Source: Candidatus Latescibacterota bacterium
Lineage (GTDB): Bacteria > Latescibacterota > UBA2968 > UBA8231
Reading direction: 5' to 3'
NCBI GenBank assembly: GCA_963422735.1
Contig: OY730476.1
Coordinates: forward strand, 1,760,001 to 1,824,000
DNA: 64,000 nucleotides
Shown here in pieces: positions 20,331-29,531 of this stretch. How positions within the stretch are numbered: position 1 is the stretch's first letter; each line of letters starts with the position of its first letter. The position numbers were made by a program, and so were the translations under genes. The notes under the pieces are model-generated. The model was given only the letters and a program-made list of their open reading frames with translations. It was not told the origin of the DNA and did no database searches.

Positions 20331-21380
20331 ATGGCCCTTGAAACACCTACCAAAACCGAGTTGGTACGCGACCTTTTGGGCCGCCCGTTGGCCTCTTTGC
20401 GCGTGTCGGTCATCGACCGCTGCGACCTGCGCTGCCAGTACTGCATGCCCGAAGAGCACTACACCTGGCTGCCCAGTAAAGACATTCTCAACGCCTCCGA
20501 GATCGAGCGCGTGGTAGATGCCTTCTGCCAAGTTGGAGTCCGCAGCGTACGCCTGACCGGCGGCGAGCCGCTGTTGCGCGCCAATCTGCCCGCGCTCGTC
20601 GCCCGCCTCGCCGCGCTGCCCCTCGTCGAGGACTTGGCGATGACGACCAACGCCACGCAGTTGGCGCGGTGGGCCGAGCCATTGCGGGCCGCTGGTTTGC
20701 AGCGGATCACCGTCAGCTTGGACTCGCTGGATCCAGCGCGCTTCGCGGCTCTGACACGCCGCAACACCCACGCCAAGGCACTGGAGGGGATCCGCGCAGC
20801 CGCGGCCATTGGCTTTGACGCGCTCAAGCTCAACGTGGTCGTCATGCGCGATTTCAACGACGACGAACTCGTGGATATTCTCGAATTCGGGCGCGAGGTA
20901 GGGGCCGAGGTCCGCTTCATCGAATACATGGATGTAGGCGGCGCGACTCAGTGGTCTATGCAGAAGGTCGTTTCGCAAGCAGAAATGCTGGCGCGGCTAA
21001 CGGCCCACTACGGGCCGATCGAGCCCGAGGCGGAGCGCGGCTCAGCGCCCGCAGCGCGCTTCCGCTTGAGCGATGAGACGCGCTTTGGCATCGTCGCGTC
21101 CGTCACTGAGCCGTTTTGCGGAGCCTGCGACCGCAGTCGCCTGACGGCCGATGGGGTGTGGTACACGTGCTTGTACGCGCAACAAGGCACCGACCTAAAA
21201 CCTTTGCTGCGCGGCGGAGCCGACCGCGCACGGCTAGTGAGACGGATGCGCGGCGGGTGGGCGGGGCGGACGGACCAAAGCGCCGAAGAGCGAAGCCGCG
21301 ACCCGCAGCGCGGCGCACTCTATCCGGCCGAAGCCTTAAAAGCCGATCCACACCGCGAGATGCACACCCGCGGCGGTTGA
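20331..21380 (+). CDS. moaA: GTP 3',8-cyclase
   Basis: CDLRCQYC radical SAM motif, TGGEP, FIEYM, FCGACDRSR, C-terminal GG. Confidence 0.96.
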   Translation: MALETPTKTELVRDLLGRPLASLRVSVIDRCDLRCQYCMPEEHYTWLPSKDILNASEIERVVDAFCQVGVRSVRLTGGEPLLRANLPALVARLAALPLVEDLAMTTNATQLARWAEPLRAAGLQRITVSLDSLDPARFAALTRRNTHAKALEGIRAAAAIGFDALKLNVVVMRDFNDDELVDILEFGREVGAEVRFIEYMDVGGATQWSMQKVVSQAEMLARLTAHYGPIEPEAERGSAPAARFRLSDETRFGIVASVTEPFCGACDRSRLTADGVWYTCLYAQQGTDLKPLLRGGADRARLVRRMRGGWAGRTDQSAEERSRDPQRGALYPAEALKADPHREMHTRGG

Positions 21381-21398
21381 GCCACTCCCTCCCCCTAC

Positions 21399-23468
21399 AT
21401 GGATTACTTTCGCGCCAAACGCTATTTGGACGCCCTACCCGACTGGGAGGTCGGCCGTCCAGCGCCCGGGCCGGTCGCGGATTACCTGCCGAGGATGCGC
21501 GCCCTGCTGGCCCGCCTCGGCAGCCCGCAGACGCGCTTTCGCTCAGTCATTGTCGGCGGAACCAACGGCAAGGGGACGGTCGCTAGCTTGCTCGCCGCCA
21601 TCCTAAAGGCACACGGGCATAAGGTCGGGCTATACACTTCGCCGCACCTACACACCCAGCGCGAGCGGATCCGCATTGACGGCGAGATACTCAGCAAGGA
21701 ACAATGGGCCGCGGCCGTGTCACACCTCGACAATTGCACCCGCGACTTTGGCCGGGAGGCGTTGGGTTCGTTCAGCAAGTTTGAGGCCCTAACCGGCCTC
21801 GCGTCCCATCTCTTCGCGCAGCAGGGCGTGGAGTTCGGGGTTTTTGAGGTGGGGCTTGGAGGCCGCTACGACGCGACTAACGCCTGGGACTCGGAGCTGG
21901 CAGTCCTGACGGCCATCGGCCTAGACCACGTGGACCTGCTGGGCAATACCTTGAAGGAAATCGCCGCCGACAAGCTGCACATCGGCCGGCCGGGTCGTAC
22001 GCTCATTACTACGGCAGCGCAAACACCCGAGGTAATGGACTTGCTTCGGCAGACCTGTGCAAAGCGGAAAGTAGAATTGCAGGTTGCCGGAACCGAGTGG
22101 CCGAGCCGTCCGGCGACCTACGCGGAAAATGCGCGGCTGGCCCTTGAGGCGGCGCAGCGGCTCGTCCAAGGCTTAGAAGACAAGGTCGCACACCAAGTCG
22201 TGGCGACCCATCGCTGGCCGGGCCGCTTTGAAGTGGCGCAAGAAAAGCCGTTGGTCTTGCTCGACGGGGCGCACAATCCGGCGGCGGCCGAGGCGTTGGC
22301 CGGAGAGTTACAGCGGCTGAGTGCGGAATGGGTGCTGGTGGTCGGCGCGGGAGCAGGGCACGATGCGGCGGGGATTTTGCGCGCCCTAGTGCCGGTGGCT
22401 CAGCGAGTCTTGCTGACCTCATCGGACCATCCACGGGCACTGGCACCAGCGGTGCTGGCGGACTTGGCACCGGACGGACTAGCCGTTGAGCAGCAGCCTG
22501 CAAGCCGTCAAGCTCTCAGGCGCGCCCTAACGCTGGCGGGGAGCAGAGGCCGAGTCTGCGTGGCTGGGTCGCTGCACTTGGTGGCTCGGGCGCGGGAGTT
22601 TTTCGCCCTACCCGGCGAGCGCGACGGCATTACCGAAGACATGGCGCTGGAGAATCTGGAGTGCGTTGCCGAGGCGGGCCGGCGGCGGGGACTCGTCTGC
22701 GAGTGGATTTCGCCAGATCGCACTCGGCTTAAATTGTCTGGCGGACGGCGGCCCTTGCGCTTCTGGCGCAACAAGCATCCCTTCAGCGACTACGTCGAGG
22801 CCCGGCTCGCCGAAGACAAGGCATACCAGTACGAGGACTTCGCTGCGGCCGGGTTGCCAGTCCCCTACACGCTCAAGCTCTTCAACCCGCTGGCCGATGC
22901 GCGCTTCGACCGCTACAAGACGCACACTTCAGTAGCGGAAATCGTCGAGGAGGTAGTGGCGCGGTTTGAATTTCCCCTCGTGGTCAAGAAGTGCCACAGT
23001 TCGCTGGCGCAGGGCGTGTTTTTGGAGCGCAACGCAGCAGACCTCGGCAAGCGGCTCGAATCCCTCTTTGAAAACAGCGCCTTTTTAGACAACATCGCGC
23101 TGGTGCAGCAATTCGTGGCCGGGCCGGAGTATCGGATCGTCGCCAGCCAAGACGAACTGCTGCTGGCCTATCGCAAGGAAAGCGAGGCCGTGGGGATGGA
23201 TGGGGACCTCAATCCGTTGCATCAGGCCACAGGACGCGCCGTGCGGGTAAAAGACGAGGCGCTGCTAGCGCCGATGCAGGTGCTGACGGCGCGGGTGGCC
23301 CAAGTCTATGCGCTCGGTTTTTACGCCATTGATCTCATCCACGGCGAGGACGGTTTCTCCATCCTCGAACTCAATCCTAACCCCATGTGCTACGCCTACA
23401 ACCGCGACAATGGACGAAAGGACTTCGTCGAGCTGTACGAGCGGCTACTAAAACAATTTGCACTATAA
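21399..23468 (+). CDS. folC: Folylpolyglutamate synthase/dihydrofolate synthase fused to C-terminal ATP-grasp domain
   Basis: GTNGKG, TSPHL, EVGLGGRYDATN, WPGRFE, LDGAHN; then EDKAYQY, FPLVVK, QQFV..EYR, AIDL, ILELNPNP. Confidence 0.85.
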   Translation: MDYFRAKRYLDALPDWEVGRPAPGPVADYLPRMRALLARLGSPQTRFRSVIVGGTNGKGTVASLLAAILKAHGHKVGLYTSPHLHTQRERIRIDGEILSKEQWAAAVSHLDNCTRDFGREALGSFSKFEALTGLASHLFAQQGVEFGVFEVGLGGRYDATNAWDSELAVLTAIGLDHVDLLGNTLKEIAADKLHIGRPGRTLITTAAQTPEVMDLLRQTCAKRKVELQVAGTEWPSRPATYAENARLALEAAQRLVQGLEDKVAHQVVATHRWPGRFEVAQEKPLVLLDGAHNPAAAEALAGELQRLSAEWVLVVGAGAGHDAAGILRALVPVAQRVLLTSSDHPRALAPAVLADLAPDGLAVEQQPASRQALRRALTLAGSRGRVCVAGSLHLVARAREFFALPGERDGITEDMALENLECVAEAGRRRGLVCEWISPDRTRLKLSGGRRPLRFWRNKHPFSDYVEARLAEDKAYQYEDFAAAGLPVPYTLKLFNPLADARFDRYKTHTSVAEIVEEVVARFEFPLVVKKCHSSLAQGVFLERNAADLGKRLESLFENSAFLDNIALVQQFVAGPEYRIVASQDELLLAYRKESEAVGMDGDLNPLHQATGRAVRVKDEALLAPMQVLTARVAQVYALGFYAIDLIHGEDGFSILELNPNPMCYAYNRDNGRKDFVELYERLLKQFAL

Positions 23469-23496
23469 AGAGTCGGACTTCTTGCCACCCTCCATT

Positions 23497-23517
23497 GTCA
23501 TTCCCGCGCATGCAGGC
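23497..23517. repeat. REP-like palindrome remnant
   Basis: GTCATTCCCGCGCATGCAGG, same family as 3965-4124. Confidence 0.45.
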
Positions 23518-23783
23518 TTCACTACGCCACCCGTTTTCACGGGCACAGGCTTTTAGGCGTGCCATCCACTCCGCGCACGATGCGGACCCCCGTCTGCACA
23601 GGGACTGCACAGGGACCGGCTTGGGCGCACTCCGTCGAGTCGTCGCGTCGCTCAGCGGTCCGACTGAACGCACCTAAGCCCGAACCGCCGAGGGGTACGC
23701 TGGATGCCGGCTTGTCCTGCTGCCACAAGGTGAAGCCCAAGCAGGACAAAAGCTGCGTAACATCAACTAACAAAGGAATCACC

Positions 23784-24920
23784 ATGGATATTCAGACCCG
23801 CCTCATCCACGCTGGCGAGGAGCGCATCGAAGGCGCAGTAGTGCTGCCCATCTTCCAGAGCTCGACTTTTGTCTCGCAAGACGATCAGGACTACGACGCC
23901 AGCCGCTATCTTCGCCTCAACAACACGCCCAATCATCTCGCATTGCACGCCAAACTAGCCGCTGTCTGCGGCGGCGAGGATGCCTTGGTGGCCGGTTCGG
24001 GAATGGCGGCGATCACCACTGCGCTGCTGACCTTGCTCAACAGCGGCGATCACCTGCTGATCCAAGACTGCCTCTACGGGGGTACGCACAGCTTTGTGAC
24101 GCAGGATGCGCCTCGTTTGGGGCTACACTGCGACTTTATCGCGGGCAACGCACCCGAGACGTGGGCGGCCAAGCTCCGGCCCGAGACGCGGGCAATCTAC
24201 GTGGAGACCATGACTAATCCGCTGTTGGAGGTCGCCGATTTAGAGGCGGTAGTGGAATTTGCGCGTACGCACGGGCTGGTTTCGCTGATCGACAATACCT
24301 TTGCCTCGCCGTGCAACTTCCGCCCGCTGGAAATTGGGTTTGATATAGAGCTACACAGCGCGACCAAGTACCTCAACGGCCATTCGGACCTCGTCGCGGG
24401 GGTAGTCGTCGGCTCGGCTGCTCGCATCAGCGCCATTACGCACAAGCTCAATCACCTCGGAGGGTCGTTGGACACACACGCCTGTTTTCTGTTGCAACGG
24501 GGCATGAAGACCCTGTCGCTGAGAATGCGGCAACACGACGAAAATGGGTTGCGGCTGGCGCACCTTTTGGCCGAGCAGGCGCAAGTGGCGCGAGTGAATT
24601 ACCCGGGGCTGGAAAGCCATCCGCAATACGAGCGGGCGCAGCGGCTGTTTGCCGGGGCGGGTGGGGTGTTGAGCTTTGAGCTGCACGAGGGCGTGGAGGC
24701 CGCCGAACGGTTGCTGTCCAAGCTAATTCTGCCCGCGTCAGCTCCCAGTCTCGGCGGGGTCGAGACCCTCATCACTCGGCCAGTTACCACGTCGCACAGC
24801 GGCTTGAGTCGAAAAGAGCGGTCGGCCATGGGCATAGCCGATGGCTTGGTGCGGGTGGCGTGCGGCATTGAGGCCGCCGAGGATTTGTGTGCAGACTTTG
24901 CACAGGCGCTGGCTGGCTAG
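23784..24920 (+). CDS. PLP-dependent transsulfuration enzyme (cystathionine gamma-synthase/lyase or methionine gamma-lyase family)
   Basis: PIFQSSTF, SGMAAI, LYGGT, DNTFASP, HSATKYLNGHSD, SLGGVETL; AAAGGA RBS before MDIQT. Confidence 0.92.
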   Translation: MDIQTRLIHAGEERIEGAVVLPIFQSSTFVSQDDQDYDASRYLRLNNTPNHLALHAKLAAVCGGEDALVAGSGMAAITTALLTLLNSGDHLLIQDCLYGGTHSFVTQDAPRLGLHCDFIAGNAPETWAAKLRPETRAIYVETMTNPLLEVADLEAVVEFARTHGLVSLIDNTFASPCNFRPLEIGFDIELHSATKYLNGHSDLVAGVVVGSAARISAITHKLNHLGGSLDTHACFLLQRGMKTLSLRMRQHDENGLRLAHLLAEQAQVARVNYPGLESHPQYERAQRLFAGAGGVLSFELHEGVEAAERLLSKLILPASAPSLGGVETLITRPVTTSHSGLSRKERSAMGIADGLVRVACGIEAAEDLCADFAQALAG

Positions 24921-24958
24921 TCCCGCTCTGTTATCTAACTTGAAAAAAAGCAGGTTCG

Positions 24959-26620
24959 ATGAGTCCGTATAACACATCATTGGCCGAGCAGTTGCGGCCC
25001 GTGCAGAAGCAAATGCACGAGCAGTACTCGTCTGTGATGCCGATCAGCCAAATCTCTATCAAAATCAACCCATGCGAGGGAACCGACCCCTTTGCAGCGG
25101 CTCAACAGAAAGTCTTGCAATGGACAGCCCAGCGCGTTGGGCAACGGCTCCCGGCGGAAGCTTGGAGTGGGCAATCCTTTGAGACCGAGAAAATTGGGGC
25201 GCAGTACGCCGCGGCCGTGTTGTTGGATGATCTGGCTATGTGGGGGGCGCGGCTCGATGATGCCGACAAGTCCGTGCCGCAACTTACTTGGGTTACAGAG
25301 GTTGGGCTAAAGCAGCTATCTGACCGGTCCATTGCCGTCAGCGCCCGCCTCGCGTGTACTAGGCGCGGGACGGATAACTTCATTGAGCGGTCCACTCCCG
25401 ATTTCATTCGGCCAATTGCCACCATTGGCACCGCCTTGCTAGACGGTCGTTTGTTGCGTCCAAATCCATGGCTGGTTTCCGACGACGAAATTCTGTCGCT
25501 GTGCGACTTGATTCGCGACCCCAGGCGCCGGGCCGCTGTCATTGTCGCGTCGCTCCCGGTCGGCTCCACTGATGCAAAAAACGCGACGTTCCCACTTGAC
25601 ATTCTATGCCGTAGGACGTTTGGTGCCGCCCACGTAGCCATCCTCACCGGGCCGGCCACCTTCCGCTTGACCGACGAGTTTGGGAAGGAGTTTTCCGTAT
25701 TCAATCGAGCTGTCAGAAACTACCGACCGAATTTTAATCCCGAGGTAGATGAACCGCATCAACACCCATGGGCTACAGCCCGTCGCATTCAGAATTGGGA
25801 CGGAGGCCCGGCTGCGTACGCGAGATTTTTGGCCGACCACATACTAAAGGACACAGTCAAGCGTTCGGATGCCGAGAGCGATCCCCCGTCCTTTGCCAAA
25901 ATTCGCCGACTGGCATCGGAGCGTCGCATAGAGCGCGCCAAGGAGACTAACGCGACCATAGCAGAAAGGCTCGAACTGGCTGAGGCCCAAATCGTCGAGC
26001 TCCAATCCGAGCGCGAAGAGATAGAAGAGACCTTTGAAGGCGTCCTGAAGTCCGTAGAGCAAGAGCGCGATGTAGCCCAAGCCAAGGCCGAGACCGCGAC
26101 CCAACGCGCATGGAATTTACGCGCCCGCGTGGAGATGCTCGAAAAGGCACTCGGGTCGAGCCCAAAAGAGCCGGAGATTCCCAGCAACCTGAACGATTTT
26201 GAGCAGTGGTGCGACAAGAACCTTGCGGGGTTTGTCGAAGTCTTGCCACGCGCCAAACACGCTGCCAAAAAAAGCAAGTACGAAGACCCTGCTTTCTTGT
26301 ACAAAGCCCTGCTTTTGCTCCGCGATTATTACGTTCCCATGCGGCTCTTCGGCTCTTCTAAAGCCGACGCTTTCAAGCAGGCTTGTTTGGCCCTGAACAT
26401 TGAGAATACCCAAACCTTTGCCGGCGCACGGTATGGAGAGTACGGCGACATGTATTTCGTGCGCTATGCCGGTCAGTCGCGCCTGCTTGACTGGCATCTG
26501 AAGAAGGGTAGCACCCGGGACGTACGCCGCTGTTTTAGGCTGTATTTCTTTTGGGACGAGGACTCGGAGCAGGCCGTTGTTGGATGGTTGCCTTCACACT
26601 TGGACACGCGAAAGAGCTAG
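24959..26620 (+). CDS. Hypothetical protein with coiled coil and putative RelE-like C-terminal domain
   Basis: 553 aa ORF; heptad-rich E/Q/A segment; C-terminal HLKKG..RCFRLYFFWD...VVGWLPSHL. Confidence 0.6.
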   Translation: MSPYNTSLAEQLRPVQKQMHEQYSSVMPISQISIKINPCEGTDPFAAAQQKVLQWTAQRVGQRLPAEAWSGQSFETEKIGAQYAAAVLLDDLAMWGARLDDADKSVPQLTWVTEVGLKQLSDRSIAVSARLACTRRGTDNFIERSTPDFIRPIATIGTALLDGRLLRPNPWLVSDDEILSLCDLIRDPRRRAAVIVASLPVGSTDAKNATFPLDILCRRTFGAAHVAILTGPATFRLTDEFGKEFSVFNRAVRNYRPNFNPEVDEPHQHPWATARRIQNWDGGPAAYARFLADHILKDTVKRSDAESDPPSFAKIRRLASERRIERAKETNATIAERLELAEAQIVELQSEREEIEETFEGVLKSVEQERDVAQAKAETATQRAWNLRARVEMLEKALGSSPKEPEIPSNLNDFEQWCDKNLAGFVEVLPRAKHAAKKSKYEDPAFLYKALLLLRDYYVPMRLFGSSKADAFKQACLALNIENTQTFAGARYGEYGDMYFVRYAGQSRLLDWHLKKGSTRDVRRCFRLYFFWDEDSEQAVVGWLPSHLDTRKS

Positions 26621-26691
26621 GCAACTTAGGCGGCAAAGGCACGCGCTATCGCCATGGAGGTAAGTGAGAGAAACCAATGAGCGTCCAACAA

Positions 26692-27330
26692 TCACAATAT
26701 CCCGTAGCGATCAAAAACCTCCCTCGGCGACTGCCCCGCAGCTAGTTCATCCCGCACTACGTTTTCCCCGGCGAGCTTTTCCATGGCTTTTTTGTGGACC
26801 TCGCCTTTGATCGCCGCCGGGATCACGGCCACGCCGTCGTAGTCGGCTAGGATGAAATCGCCGGGGCGAACCTGCACACCGCCGCAGGTGATGGGTTGGT
26901 TGATCGTCTTGGCGAGGATGCGGCCCGCCGAGTCGAGCGGCGAATAGCCTTTGCAGAAACAGTGGTAGCCCATGGCGTTCATCTGGCGCACATCGCGGAC
27001 CAAGCCGTCGGTAAGCACGGATTCGACGCCGCGAGCTTGGGCGGCCGTGGAGAGCAGCTCGCCCCAGAGGCCGGAACGCTCTTCGCCGTTGGTGGCGATG
27101 ACGAAGACATCGCCGGGGCTAGTCTGATCGTAGGCGGCAAAAACTTGGCCGTAGGGATCCGGGTGGGGTTCGGTATCGGCGTACGCGTCGATGGTGAGGG
27201 CCGGACCGGCGATGTAGGCGTCGGGGCGGCTGGGCCGGATATCGGGCGTCATGGCCTGATCGCGGTAGCCGAGCTGGTCCATGATGTCGGCAACTAAAGC
27301 CGAGTAGATGGGCTTCCATGCGTCGTACAT
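26692..27330 (-). CDS. RraA family protein (HMG aldolase-like)
   Basis: LWGELLS, DGLVRD, VRPGDFILADYDGVAVIP. Confidence 0.9.
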   Translation of the reverse strand: MYDAWKPIYSALVADIMDQLGYRDQAMTPDIRPSRPDAYIAGPALTIDAYADTEPHPDPYGQVFAAYDQTSPGDVFVIATNGEERSGLWGELLSTAAQARGVESVLTDGLVRDVRQMNAMGYHCFCKGYSPLDSAGRILAKTINQPITCGGVQVRPGDFILADYDGVAVIPAAIKGEVHKKAMEKLAGENVVRDELAAGQSPREVFDRYGIL

Positions 27331-27353
27331 TTTTAATCTCCGTGTGTTCAGCG

Positions 27354-28652
27354 CTAATTCTCTTTCCTGCGTCCCCCATTAAAGGCGTCTGGCTTCTCGG
27401 TGCCCGAAGGCCAGTACCCGCTCGGATCTTCGCGCCACGGCGTCCCGCATAGCTCCGTCAAAACCCGCCACTCGGCCGCGCCCATGCCCTCTGGGTGAAA
27501 GACGAAGCGCTTGAGTCCGGCCGCCTCGGACGCCCGCAAAATGCCGAGTAGGTCGCGTACGGGCATGGGGTCGCCGGCGTGTGGCGTGCGACCGGTCGAG
27601 ACCCAGCAGATTACCTTGTCGGCACCGGCCGCCTCCAAAGCGCGGCGCGTTTCGCCGTACACGACCTCGCTGAAAAACTCGTCGGGAAAGCCGGCCTCCA
27701 AGTCAAAGAGCGTCCGCACCTGAGGTAGTTTGATGCCAAAAAGCGCCTCGACCACGGCAAAGGCGTCCTCCTCTGCCAGCCCCGGATTCCACTCCCCAAT
27801 CGTCTGCACCCAGCGCGCTAGTGTGCCGTAGAGGCCGTCAAAACCGCGATGCCAATAGTAGTGCTTGGGCAGTATATAATCGAAGTATTCGGCCATCCGC
27901 TCGTAGTCCTGCCCGGTCAACCCAGAGACGATGGCCGTGCGCGGGATCCCGCCCAGCTCAATTTTGCGCGAGGCTTGATCGACGATTGTGCGGGCTTCTA
28001 CCCAAGCGCGGCGCGACTTCTCCTGACGCATCCGCAACCAATACAGCCCGTCCTCGTCGAGGTCGATTAAGTTCAGCACCGAAAAGAGGCCGCCTTGGGC
28101 GAGGTAGCGCACCCGCTGGGGCGTCAGCCGACACAGAGCCTGCCGCAGATGGTCGATGCCGCGCTGCATCCGCCCGACATCGGCCCCCATGGCGGCAAAA
28201 AGCTGGTCTTCGCCGGGCCGGAGCTCCAAAAGCTCTCCGCCGTGATGGAACGCTAGCTCGTAGTGGTTTTCGCCGGGGCCGTCGATAATGACGCCTTTTA
28301 CTTGGGGGTAGAAAGCGATCAAGTCCTCCAGCCCGACTAGCCCGCCGCGGCCCATGCCAAAGGTCATAATCTGCCAGCCACGTGCCGCTGCGTCATCCAT
28401 CATGGCTTGAAGCTTTTTTTCCTTTTCTATATCGCGGGGTGTCTCCTCCGGCGGCTCGACGCCGTGCTCAGCATAGAGCTTGGGATTGGCCGGATAGCTG
28501 GAGATCACCGAACCATCGTCCTGCTTAAACTGCATGCGGCCGACGATAATGCCCTCGACGCCGCCTTCTTCCCAAGCGTCGAAGCGCTGCTGGTAGTCTT
28601 CGAGCCAGTGTTCGAGGGGCTGGTCGCTGTGGGTGAAGATCCAGAATTTCAC
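27354..28652 (-). CDS. Conserved hypothetical protein (possible TIM barrel)
   Basis: 432 aa, native codon usage, GGAGG RBS, operon position; PKHYYWHRGFDGLYG motif; no family recognised. Confidence 0.65.
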   Translation of the reverse strand: MKFWIFTHSDQPLEHWLEDYQQRFDAWEEGGVEGIIVGRMQFKQDDGSVISSYPANPKLYAEHGVEPPEETPRDIEKEKKLQAMMDDAAARGWQIMTFGMGRGGLVGLEDLIAFYPQVKGVIIDGPGENHYELAFHHGGELLELRPGEDQLFAAMGADVGRMQRGIDHLRQALCRLTPQRVRYLAQGGLFSVLNLIDLDEDGLYWLRMRQEKSRRAWVEARTIVDQASRKIELGGIPRTAIVSGLTGQDYERMAEYFDYILPKHYYWHRGFDGLYGTLARWVQTIGEWNPGLAEEDAFAVVEALFGIKLPQVRTLFDLEAGFPDEFFSEVVYGETRRALEAAGADKVICWVSTGRTPHAGDPMPVRDLLGILRASEAAGLKRFVFHPEGMGAAEWRVLTELCGTPWREDPSGYWPSGTEKPDAFNGGRRKEN

Positions 28653-28662
28653 AAGGGCCTCC

Positions 28663-29496
28663 TTAGCGGTCTAACCACTTGTAAGCGATCTTGCCGTTTT
28701 TCCAGAAGTACTTGTCCGCCACGCCCTTTTCGCCAAAGTACGCTTTGACGATGGAGATGGCGGCCTCAAAACTCCCCGCCCGATCGCTGACGGGCCAATT
28801 GCTGCCGTAGATCACGCGGTCTGCGCCAAAGGCGTCCCACATCGCGTCGAGGATTGGGCGATAAAAATCCAGCTCTTCCGGTGCCGGATCTACCCTGCTT
28901 TGCTCCATGATCGCCGAGACCTTCACAAAGACCTGCGGTTGCTCGGCCGCTTGGGCGATGGCGTCCAACCACGCCGGATCGGGATCGCCGCCGTCGGTCC
29001 CTACCCCACCACAGTGGTTGATGACGATGCGCAATTCGGGCAGTCGCCGGGCCAGTTCGGACACTTGGCCCAAGTCCGCCGGCCCCACCAGCGCGTCGAG
29101 CTGCAAGTCCCGCGCGACGAGGTGCTCCATGTCAGCGAGAAAAGACCCGGCCTCCAAGTCGGCAAAATACCCGCTGCCACAGCGAATGCCGCGGAAAAGC
29201 GCGTTTGCCGCAAGGCGGTCAATGTCGCTTTTGAAAGCCGCTCGGTTGGGATCGACATGGCCCACCAACCCGACGATATAGGAGTCGGCGGCGGCCAAAT
29301 CCAAAATCCACTGATTGTCTGCCAGCCATGCACTGGCCTCCACCACCACTGTCCCGGTCACCCCTTCGGGCGCGGCGAGAGCGCGGTGATGCTCGGGCAA
29401 TACCGTGCGGTAGAGCAGCGCGTTGTCGGCTGGCGGCCAAGGTACCCCTTCGGGCCGGGTGGGATCGTAGAAATGGGTATGGGTGTCGATGATCAC
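28663..29496 (-). CDS. Amidohydrolase family (sugar-lactonase-like)
   Basis: IIDTHTHFYD, VINH, VKVS, FGADRVIYGSNWPV; GAAAGGA RBS before GTG 29496. Confidence 0.88.
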   Translation of the reverse strand: MIIDTHTHFYDPTRPEGVPWPPADNALLYRTVLPEHHRALAAPEGVTGTVVVEASAWLADNQWILDLAAADSYIVGLVGHVDPNRAAFKSDIDRLAANALFRGIRCGSGYFADLEAGSFLADMEHLVARDLQLDALVGPADLGQVSELARRLPELRIVINHCGGVGTDGGDPDPAWLDAIAQAAEQPQVFVKVSAIMEQSRVDPAPEELDFYRPILDAMWDAFGADRVIYGSNWPVSDRAGSFEAAISIVKAYFGEKGVADKYFWKNGKIAYKWLDR

Positions 29497-29531
29497 GATG
29501 CGTTCCTTTCTGTCATAGTGGTTGGCTCCGA

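Noticed and set aside
23590-23770. SAM riboswitch upstream of the transsulfuration gene
   Set aside because: Only AAGGTG resembles SAM-I; ATC-AGAG, GCAACC core and terminator not found
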